DNA of 43,979 bases from Candidatus Heimdallarchaeota archaeon (lineage in GTDB: Archaea > Asgardarchaeota > Heimdallarchaeia > JABLTI01): assembly GCA_018238155.1 (NCBI GenBank), contig JABCTZ010000023.1, positions 1 to 43,979 on the forward strand. Direction: 5' to 3'. Below the pieces are notes generated by a model. The model was given only the letters and a program-made list of their open reading frames with translations, made no database searches and was not told where the DNA came from. Below, piece by piece: positions 10,045 to 18,049 of this stretch (the stretch's first letter is position 1; each line of letters opens with the position of its first letter). The position numbers and the translations under genes were made by a program.

Positions 10045-12170
10045 CAATTAATGATTCCGAACATGGAATTCTAGGAGTTCTTTTGGAATCTAGTACAAAG
10101 CTACTAGTTCAGATTTCTGATTTAATAGGTCTCAGATCTTCAGATAAGAATAAGCTTCACACAATAAATTACGCAAACTTGAAATCTCCTTTTCCTCTTG
10201 CAGCTTATGCTGCAAATGGAAATCATTATATTATTAGTTACCTTAATGAACAAATTCCTCGCACAAAGATTTCTTTTAGAAGAAATAATTTAATAATTTC
10301 CCCAGGAACAGTTTCCCAAATTGAATTAGACATCCATCAACAAAATTCTCGAATTGCACTTAATTCTTTACACAATAAAGTTGTTACAAATGCATTAACT
10401 AACGATGGATTTGAAAGAGCAAGAACGTTAGGTGGAAGAGACAAATCAAAACTTGCATCTAAGGAATTGATTGATACCTTATGCATGGATCATAGTTATA
10501 CTGATTTTGAAACTGGTAAACGAGAAATTGAAAAAGTTAATTATGAACTTCATAAAGCCATTAAGAAAAGCATGCAAATTCTTCCTTCTGGAAATATGCT
10601 TGTCACTCTAAATCCATCAACAATAATCATACGAGATGGATATGTTCCTTATACTTACTATCAGCTTCCAAATAAAGTAATCCGAAAATTTAATCCTTAT
10701 TGGAGAATGACAGGATTTAAAGCACTCAAAGAGTCAGAATATCCTTCAGCACTAATTGGAAACGAATTCGAAAATAGAGGATTTTCAATTCTTAATTCAG
10801 GTATTATTCATTTTCCCCTAAAAATAATTCAACTTCCTCCTCCTAAATTTGTCTTTGGTAAAAAGAAGAAACTGGTTCTAGAAGGAAATCAAAAAACTAG
10901 AGAGCTTATTAAATTAGGTTTGAAATCATTTGGACCAATATACAAACCACGAAAATTGAAGATACTAGTTGCTACTGATACTATTGAAATGATTGATCAA
11001 AGAAAACCACCAAAATATTTTTCATCTTGGCCTTTTGCATTCAAAAAATATATAAAATTAATTAGAAGAAAATTGGTGAAGGGTGATAAATCCTTATTCC
11101 ATGTCAATTCTGTTGATTTTGTTGGACCTGTTTATCTCAAAGGAGATCCTAAAAGTTATTTGTCAATGCTAAGAGATTTGGCTAAGAAAGAATCTGTTGA
11201 TGCTATTCTTTATATTATTGCTGAATATAAAAAAGACAAAACAGGTATGCATGATCTAATTAAGGAATATGTAAAAGATGTCCCTACTAAATGCATTTTG
11301 ATTAAGAAACTTAAGAAACATACTCCCAAATCAAAGGAAGGATATAGTCCATTATTTTTACAGATTGCTGATGATTTAGTAATTGGTTTATATTACGCAG
11401 CAACAAGATATTTCCCATGGTCTATTGAATCCAAACATTTTGATAGTGTAGTTGGAATTGATGTTCGACGGGATAAACAAACTCGTTACTATTGCATTAC
11501 GCTTACACTTTTCACAAACAAAGGTCTTATCCGAATATCTAACGGAAACAAAATGAAAAAGGGAGAAAATATACCCATTTCTGCACTTACAGATTCTATT
11601 GAAAAGCTTATTCTTCGAGTAAAAGAGCGGAATCTAACTTTTCAAAACACTCTCTTTCTTAGAGATGGTTTTGATTTTACTGATGAGAAAGAAGCAGTAA
11701 AAGATATTCTGGACAAACACAAAATTGAAGGGACTCTAGACGAGAAACATCAATGGATTTACTGTCAAATTATTAAAAATCCCGAATTACGAGTTATTCA
11801 TTCACCTTCATTAGATGAACCTTCAAGATGGGGGCAACCATCTCGAGGTATTGCATTTGTATTAGCAGATTTACCAGAATGGAAAGAAGGTTACATTGTT
11901 ACAACTGGATATCCTGATATTGGTAAAAAGACCAAATCCAAAGCATCTAATCAAGGGCTTTCTCAACCCATTTTCGTTCGCGAGCTAGAAAGATCTACTA
12001 ATAATTCTACAACTTTCCCAGAGGTGCTTGAAACAATTTACCATAGAACCTATCTTAATCCTAGTTTAACTCAAATTAGAGTTCCTATTGAGATTCCTGC
12101 TGCTGAAAAATACATGGAATATCTTAGCTATGGGCTAAGTACTGAAGAAATTCCTGGATATTTGGGGTGA
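10041..12170 (+). CDS. ago: Prokaryotic Argonaute with PAZ apparently reduced or absent and a putative catalytic tetrad D474-E509-D542-E689
   Basis: L2 (LPPPKFVFG..GLKSFGP), MID (PTKCI..LVIGLYY..FPW), PIWI VVGIDV, FLRDG, IIKNPELR, GLSQPI, RVPIEIPAAEK. Confidence 0.85.
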   Translation: MTINDSEHGILGVLLESSTKLLVQISDLIGLRSSDKNKLHTINYANLKSPFPLAAYAANGNHYIISYLNEQIPRTKISFRRNNLIISPGTVSQIELDIHQQNSRIALNSLHNKVVTNALTNDGFERARTLGGRDKSKLASKELIDTLCMDHSYTDFETGKREIEKVNYELHKAIKKSMQILPSGNMLVTLNPSTIIIRDGYVPYTYYQLPNKVIRKFNPYWRMTGFKALKESEYPSALIGNEFENRGFSILNSGIIHFPLKIIQLPPPKFVFGKKKKLVLEGNQKTRELIKLGLKSFGPIYKPRKLKILVATDTIEMIDQRKPPKYFSSWPFAFKKYIKLIRRKLVKGDKSLFHVNSVDFVGPVYLKGDPKSYLSMLRDLAKKESVDAILYIIAEYKKDKTGMHDLIKEYVKDVPTKCILIKKLKKHTPKSKEGYSPLFLQIADDLVIGLYYAATRYFPWSIESKHFDSVVGIDVRRDKQTRYYCITLTLFTNKGLIRISNGNKMKKGENIPISALTDSIEKLILRVKERNLTFQNTLFLRDGFDFTDEKEAVKDILDKHKIEGTLDEKHQWIYCQIIKNPELRVIHSPSLDEPSRWGQPSRGIAFVLADLPEWKEGYIVTTGYPDIGKKTKSKASNQGLSQPIFVRELERSTNNSTTFPEVLETIYHRTYLNPSLTQIRVPIEIPAAEKYMEYLSYGLSTEEIPGYLG

Positions 12171-12177
12171 TTAAAAA

Positions 12178-13128
12178 ATGGTTAATCTCTACGCTCGGGC
12201 TATGGCCCGTGTGAATATTTGTGAAGAAGCAGCAATAATACATGCTTTATTACAATATGCTGACCTAATGCCTGAGGATGTTTGGCATGGTTCTGAAGTG
12301 AAAAGAATAAAGGGTGCGCTTCTTCATGACATTTTCTTGGAATTGATTGGTCCAATAGGATGTTCGCTTATCTCTTCTTTTTTGGATAGAGGGATGTCAA
12401 AAAATAACGCAATGTTTGATACGTTAGATTTACTCTATAGGAATAGTTCATGGAAACCTTATGTTTCATCACTAATTGAAACAGAATACAATCAACCAAT
12501 TTCTCTATCAATAATACAAGAATATCTTTCACACAAAGAAAGCCTTGTTGAATTAGCTTTACCCTTATTAACCAGTTATAAAGGAGAGTTGTATCCAATA
12601 CAATTTGACAAAGAGGTCTATATTCAATATCCAATAACTCAGGAATTCACAATAGCCGGAAAAATCGATTTATTGATTATTCATACTAACAAAATCATTG
12701 TAGTTGATTTAAAGACTGGTAAAAAAAATATCAAAGATCATTTACAAGTTCAATTATATGTTGAAATGCTTCAGAATAAATTCCCTGACAGAGAAATAGT
12801 TGGACAATTGTGGTATATATCAAAAGATGATTCCATAAGAAAAACAATTGACTATGGTGAACCTTTACTACCAAAAATTCATTCTATTATTAATAAGTTG
12901 AAAGAAATTGACTCAATTGAATTCCTGGTTAAAAACAAAGGAAAAAGAAAGGATTGCAAATATTGCAAATTATGCGATATAGCTCAAACAGAATTAATAA
13001 TCACTTTGCCAGAAATAGCTGAAGGATTGTCAAAAGTTGATGCGCTACCCAATAATCTTTTAAAACTTGTAGGTTTAAGTAATGAAAATCTAATTCTAGA
13101 TAAAGAAGGTGAAAAGGAAATTGACTGA
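12178..13128 (+). CDS. Cas4/AddB-like PD-(D/E)XK nuclease with possible Fe-S cysteines
   Basis: GALLHD, GKIDLL..VVDLKTG, QVQLY (QxxxY), N-terminal Cys plus C-terminal CKYCKLC. Confidence 0.85.
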   Translation: MVNLYARAMARVNICEEAAIIHALLQYADLMPEDVWHGSEVKRIKGALLHDIFLELIGPIGCSLISSFLDRGMSKNNAMFDTLDLLYRNSSWKPYVSSLIETEYNQPISLSIIQEYLSHKESLVELALPLLTSYKGELYPIQFDKEVYIQYPITQEFTIAGKIDLLIIHTNKIIVVDLKTGKKNIKDHLQVQLYVEMLQNKFPDREIVGQLWYISKDDSIRKTIDYGEPLLPKIHSIINKLKEIDSIEFLVKNKGKRKDCKYCKLCDIAQTELIITLPEIAEGLSKVDALPNNLLKLVGLSNENLILDKEGEKEID

Positions 13129-13951
13129 AGTTGGAATATACATTTTATTGAGCATGATACTTGTTGTTGGAATAGCAATAATAATTTCTATCTGGTATTT
13201 ACAGAAGAAGAAACAACCAGATTTTGATCATCTGAATAATGAAATCTATAAAGTAGCTACAAATATGAATAGTGAAATTCAAAAACTATTTCATACTATC
13301 CAAATGAAACCAACTGCAACAGGTGCTTTTGGTGAGAATATTGCGGATATTGTTTTGTCACATTTGCCAAAAACTATGGTTACATCTCAATACAGACCAA
13401 AGGATATTCGAGGTAGCAAAATTGATTTCGTTGTAAAACTACCAAATAGTGATTTGCTTTTGCCTATTGATAGCAAATTTACTATTCCTGAGGATCTCGG
13501 TGATATTGAGAATCTCGATAAGAAGAAAATTAATGCGCTTAATAAATTTGCACTAAATCAAGCGAGCAAAATTGAGAAATATATTAGTTCTAAGGAAACT
13601 ACTGATTTTGTTCTGATGTTCCTTCCTGATTATGTTTATGGTATATTAGAACCCGATACCTTTGATAAATTAGCTCATAAGAAGGTCGTCCCAACTAATT
13701 CGAGTGGATTGCTTAGTACAATATTCATGATAAATATGCAGCATCGTTTCACTGAATTAAATAGTTCAGCTAGTAAATTTGCAGATATCCAAATGAAAAC
13801 ATCTCAAGGTTTGAAATCAGTAATCGATAATATGCAAAAAGGACTTACAAAGATACTGCAATGCCAAAACAATATTTCTGATGCAATGTCTGAAATTGTT
13901 GCTATAAAGAATATTGTTGAAACTTTAGAATCTGAGGAGGTGATAGATTGA
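13109..13951 (+). CDS. rmuC: RmuC-family nuclease with N-terminal transmembrane helix
   Basis: GAFGE, IDFVVKLP..LPIDSKF, TDFVLMFLP; hydrophobic N-terminus; coiled-coil C-terminus. Confidence 0.85.
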   Translation: MKRKLTEVGIYILLSMILVVGIAIIISIWYLQKKKQPDFDHLNNEIYKVATNMNSEIQKLFHTIQMKPTATGAFGENIADIVLSHLPKTMVTSQYRPKDIRGSKIDFVVKLPNSDLLLPIDSKFTIPEDLGDIENLDKKKINALNKFALNQASKIEKYISSKETTDFVLMFLPDYVYGILEPDTFDKLAHKKVVPTNSSGLLSTIFMINMQHRFTELNSSASKFADIQMKTSQGLKSVIDNMQKGLTKILQCQNNISDAMSEIVAIKNIVETLESEEVID

Positions 13952-14214
13952 AACAAATAAAAGATTTGATGAAATTCACGTTCACACGTATTGACAAAAG
14001 TGGTTATAGGAAAGTAAGACTAGTAGATATACCTGTTCATCGTATAACCGGAACAATTAAACAAGGTCGACTTCTTCGAAATGGTGATGTGGTTCATCAT
14101 AAGAATCAAAATAAATTAGACAATCGTTTAAGTAATCTTCAGATATTTAAAAACCAAAGTGCCCATATGAAGCATCATTGGAAACTTCGAAAACAGAAGA
14201 GTAAGAAAAAGTGA
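13948..14214 (+). CDS. Small HNH endonuclease
   Basis: VHR..VVHHKNQNKLDNRLSNL HNH motif; GGAGGTG RBS; TTGA overlap with rmuC. Confidence 0.85.
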   Translation: MKQIKDLMKFTFTRIDKSGYRKVRLVDIPVHRITGTIKQGRLLRNGDVVHHKNQNKLDNRLSNLQIFKNQSAHMKHHWKLRKQKSKKK

Positions 14215-14270
14215 TTGTAGATAATTCTACTTTTTCTTTCTTTTTCATTTTTTTTCATTTTTTTTACAGT

Positions 14271-14377
14271 ATGTCATTCCCAAAATGGATTTTTAGACCT
14301 TAAAGAGAACGTGAGTGGTGAAAATTCTACCTTTTTTCACTTTTTATTCCTAAAGCTTAGTTGAATTTTGGATTAAT
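14271..14377 (+). repeat. Palindromic element copy R2 (degenerate)
   Basis: CCCAAAATGGATTTTTAGACCTTAAAGAGAA..ATTCTAC..TTTTATTCCTA..GGATTAAT. Confidence 0.75.
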
Positions 14378-14436
14378 AATATTGATTAAATATTTTTATT
14401 TCAAAAGATATATATGAATACAATATAGGAAAGGAA

Positions 14437-15711
14437 ATGTTAAGGTTGATTAGGTTAGACAGTTTTGATGAAATCGAAAAAAGATTGGAATTTATTTCAA
14501 ATAAAATTCTTGAAGTTTATTCAAACCAATATGAGTCAAAATTTATCTCTCTAGTAAATTTATTAATTGAAGAATTTGGAATTACCAATATATTGCGAGG
14601 AGAAAGGAAATTATTTTATGTATCAAATTTGAATATAAAATCAAATCCATTAGATTTAGTCATTACTTTTTATAATGAGAAAAATCTCTGTAACAAAATT
14701 CTAGATGAAATCTGTCAAGAGCTGAAAAATAGAAGCCCTTCTGGAACAAATTTTTCAATTACAGAAAATAGAATAATAATTAATTTTCAAGATGAGAAAG
14801 CTGATTATTCAATTATATATGTTCCTAAAAGTGAATTTGAAAATCTAATACCATATTTTCAATTACTACCTGATAATATGGATTTACTTAATAAAGGAAT
14901 AGCATTGCTAAAATATTGGAATGAAAACGAAAATTATTCACTTCATTATTCTCACAACATAGAATATTATATTATTTCAAATAAATGGGTGAAGAATTTG
15001 TATACTATTATTGATAATTTCAATTATGATATGGATTATGAACACCTTGAAATAACTGAATGGTTAATATATAAATCAGATATTATTGGTGAGGAGTATA
15101 TATTGGTTGAAGAGGAAAAATTACTAACTAAATTAGCTAATAGATTAGCTCAAGAATCGCAAGAAAAATATGACTCTCGTTTTATTTCTGTTGTTAATAC
15201 ATTGCAGAATAATATGCAAGTATCTGAAGTAAGAAGAGGTGGCTCAAGAGCGAAACTAACCTACAATATAGGTAAAGGTGATCTTGATATTATTTTTACA
15301 ATCGTTAATACCACCAAAACTCATTTAGAAATTTTTGAAGAAACTAAGAAAACTCTTGAAGCAAATTTTGGAAAAATTGCCACAATAACCCCTCTAAGAG
15401 TTTCAGTTAAGTTGCACTTCATTGATGATAATCTTGATATTGATGTTGTTTATTTACCTTATTCTGAATACCTGACTAGTGTAAGGGATTTATTGAAAGT
15501 GAAAGAAACTTCCAAAATTAGACGTGATGCAATCCGCTTGATAAAATTCTGGAATGAAGAAAATAATCAGCGAAGAATTACACCAATGGATATTGAGAAA
15601 ACTATACTATCATGGAATTATAATTCATTGTATAATAACATCGTTCAATTCGGTGAATTAAATGGCTTTGAAATGATGGTCTATTTTTGGTTAGAAAAAC
15701 AAAAAATCTGA
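14437..15711 (+). CDS. Tandem two-domain OAS/CD-NTase-like nucleotidyltransferase (N-domain degenerate, C-domain intact)
   Basis: C-domain RRGGSRAKLT..GDLDII..IDVVYLP..IRLIKFWN. N-domain is an internal paralogue (YESKFIS/YDSRFIS, LDLVITF, IIYVP, IALLKYWNE) lacking GS and the full DxD. Confidence 0.75.
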   Translation: MLRLIRLDSFDEIEKRLEFISNKILEVYSNQYESKFISLVNLLIEEFGITNILRGERKLFYVSNLNIKSNPLDLVITFYNEKNLCNKILDEICQELKNRSPSGTNFSITENRIIINFQDEKADYSIIYVPKSEFENLIPYFQLLPDNMDLLNKGIALLKYWNENENYSLHYSHNIEYYIISNKWVKNLYTIIDNFNYDMDYEHLEITEWLIYKSDIIGEEYILVEEEKLLTKLANRLAQESQEKYDSRFISVVNTLQNNMQVSEVRRGGSRAKLTYNIGKGDLDIIFTIVNTTKTHLEIFEETKKTLEANFGKIATITPLRVSVKLHFIDDNLDIDVVYLPYSEYLTSVRDLLKVKETSKIRRDAIRLIKFWNEENNQRRITPMDIEKTILSWNYNSLYNNIVQFGELNGFEMMVYFWLEKQKI

Positions 15712-15725
15712 GAGATGAATAAGAA

Positions 15726-16352
15726 TTGGAATTGACAAAGGAAGAGAAGATACTTAATTCATATGGTAGTAAAATTAGAGATACAGAGACAGAATCCTTT
15801 GATTCAAAATATATCTCCATTTACAACAAATTAAATGAACACTATAAAATATCACAGGCAATGAAAGCTGGATCATTAGGAAAAGGAACAAAAATTGAAT
15901 TATATGGTGATCTCGATTTAACTTTCACAATTGATAAACCTTCTATCAAAAATGAAACTGAATTTCGAAAGGATTTGGAAATAAAGATGAAGAAATCTTT
16001 TCCAAATGAATTTGTTAAATTGTTAAAAATGTCAGTTTTAATTAAATTCAAAAGTGGTATCGAAATAGATGTTGTTTATTTACCTTTAAATGACTATAAC
16101 AAGACGAGAAAACAATTCAGGCACATTAAATCAATAAATGATAATATAAAAAATATCATTCGCTTAGTGAAATTTTGGAATTATAAGAAAAACAAGAAGC
16201 AATTTAAATCTTATAAAATCGAATGGAATGCAATTTATTCTGAAGCCAGTTCATATAATAAAAGATTAAGGGATACAATTTCAAAATCAGGTGGCGGAGA
16301 TACAACAAATGAAATTTATCAATTCATTTTGAATGAAGCTGAAGGAAGTTAA
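15726..16352 (+). CDS. Single-domain OAS/CD-NTase-like nucleotidyltransferase
   Basis: KAGSLGKGT..GDLDLTF..EIDVVYLP..IIRLVKFWN..SYKIE. Confidence 0.8.
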   Translation: MELTKEEKILNSYGSKIRDTETESFDSKYISIYNKLNEHYKISQAMKAGSLGKGTKIELYGDLDLTFTIDKPSIKNETEFRKDLEIKMKKSFPNEFVKLLKMSVLIKFKSGIEIDVVYLPLNDYNKTRKQFRHIKSINDNIKNIIRLVKFWNYKKNKKQFKSYKIEWNAIYSEASSYNKRLRDTISKSGGGDTTNEIYQFILNEAEGS

Positions 16353-17211
16353 GAACATGAATTTCTATTTAAAATTAAATGAAAATCTTTGCAATATAAA
16401 ACCTAAAATATTACAAATTTTAAAGGAACGGAAGATAATTGTTAGAAAAAAAGAAAATGATGATTTTCAAGTTTTTTGGGAAGATAACTCAGAGAAACCT
16501 TACATTCAAATAATTTCAGATCTCAAATTTGTTTTAGATGATTATATTGAGTTTCAGAATAGTATTGGCAGAGATATTTATGATTTGCTTTCACCATCTG
16601 AGGAAAGAAAATACAAGTCAATTTTAAATTTAGTAAGAAAGGATATTTGGTTTGATCCTAACGTTCATTCTCAATATAAAAAAGAAGATAATAAATTCTA
16701 TTGCTATTATAGGGGTAATATCCAAGAAAAATTCTTTGCGGAAACAAATTTAGATAAAGCTAAAGAAAGAATGATTAGAAATTGTAGAAATGAGCTGATT
16801 GATTCCTTTCAATTAAAATTTGATTCAATACTAGTATACTTAGATAATGAATTCAAAAGATTGGATATTATAATTAATCAAATGGTTAAAAATTCTGATA
16901 AAGCATCAAAAATCTATAATTATGGCTTAAAAATATTAGAAGACGACTCCACTATTGCAATGATTTTACTTGGAGTATCTCTTGAGTGCCATTTAAAAAT
17001 GAATTATAATGCAGATATTTTAGAAAAAGATTCACTAGGTAAGCTTATTGGTAGATTAAAAGAATCCAAAAAATATCCAAATTTAAATTATAAATTAATT
17101 AACGAAATCAATATTAAATATATCAAAGCTAAACATGAAAAAACTGCTGTAATCCCCTATTTAGACGTTGAGAAGTATTATCAAAAAGCTACAATTTTCT
17201 TTCAACATTGA
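16333..17211 (+). CDS. Hypothetical protein with C-terminal HEPN/DUF4145-like helical domain (alternative start 16357)
   Basis: AMILLGVSLECHLK..SLGKLIGRL..INIKYIKAKH follows the HEPN helix pattern, but the Arg of RxxxxH is missing. Confidence 0.5.
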   Translation: MKLKEVKNMNFYLKLNENLCNIKPKILQILKERKIIVRKKENDDFQVFWEDNSEKPYIQIISDLKFVLDDYIEFQNSIGRDIYDLLSPSEERKYKSILNLVRKDIWFDPNVHSQYKKEDNKFYCYYRGNIQEKFFAETNLDKAKERMIRNCRNELIDSFQLKFDSILVYLDNEFKRLDIIINQMVKNSDKASKIYNYGLKILEDDSTIAMILLGVSLECHLKMNYNADILEKDSLGKLIGRLKESKKYPNLNYKLINEINIKYIKAKHEKTAVIPYLDVEKYYQKATIFFQH

Positions 17212-17398
17212 GAAATGATATCATTGTTGAAAAGATTTTTGATCTTTGATAAACGAAGGATTTTCTTGAATTTGTAATGTTTTATATAATCATTTAACAC
17301 ATTTCAAATTGAATCTTTTATCTCTATATCCATTAGAACATTGATTCTATTAAACAAAACCACATTGCTGTAGATTTCACTCTACAATACCTTTCGAC

Positions 17399-17893
17399 TT
17401 GTCCACTATGATCACTAATGAACTAAAATCACTAAACCACAAAAATCGAATACGAATACTTAGCTATCTCAATGGTCATCCATCAGGAGAGAATTTTCTT
17501 ATTGCATTTTTAATTTCTCGCCTTTCCGATTTCACACCATTTAACAATTATCCTTATATTTACAGGTATGAGCATTTTGTTAGACCTCCTTACTCACAAT
17601 TTGGAAAATACGATTTAATTCTTACAAGTGGAAGAAAGTATTTCTTGGTTGTTGAAGCAAAATATTTCCAAGATGGAATAGCTAAATCAACAATTAAAAA
17701 TAAACGATCTAAAGTAAGAAAACAAGCTAGGAAATATAGAGGAATCTTTCAACAACATAATCCTTCTTTTATTGTTTATTGTACTACCATTACAAATAAT
17801 AAATCTTGGACAAATGAACATCCTGAGTTTCTAAAAGAATTTTCTAAATTTCAAACTCTAAAGCAAAAAGAATGGAAAAAAAGACTTTTCTGA
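17399..17893 (+). CDS. PD-(D/E)XK nuclease-family protein
   Basis: GKYDLIL..LVVEAKY..RKQARKY (D..ExK..QxxxY). Confidence 0.7.
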   Translation: MSTMITNELKSLNHKNRIRILSYLNGHPSGENFLIAFLISRLSDFTPFNNYPYIYRYEHFVRPPYSQFGKYDLILTSGRKYFLVVEAKYFQDGIAKSTIKNKRSKVRKQARKYRGIFQQHNPSFIVYCTTITNNKSWTNEHPEFLKEFSKFQTLKQKEWKKRLF

Positions 17894-17924
17894 ATGAATT
17901 ACACCACAAATTATCAGATTTCAA

Positions 17925-17998
17925 GTACTTACCTCCAAAGCGTGTCAATTACCGAAATGGTCTTTTAGACTTAAGAAGAAGTATGGTGGGAGTCATAC
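17925..17998 (+). repeat. Palindromic element copy R3 (5' block)
   Basis: GTACTTACC..AAGCGTGTCA.TTACCGAAATGGTCTTTTAGAC..AAGAAGAAG; shares an extended 5' flank with 23582. Confidence 0.85.
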
Positions 17999-18049
17999 TT
18001 TGTTTAAGAATGGTTCATCCACAATTTTATTAAAATGAAAATGTAAAAG

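Noticed and set aside
12178-13128. Cas4 as evidence of a CRISPR-Cas locus
   Set aside because: Solo Cas4-like nuclease inside the Ago operon; no other cas genes or array in the window.
14437-17893. Standard CBASS operon
   Set aside because: The NTases are short and triplicated, and no recognisable Cap effector or ancillary genes are adjacent. Reported as an OAS-like module instead.
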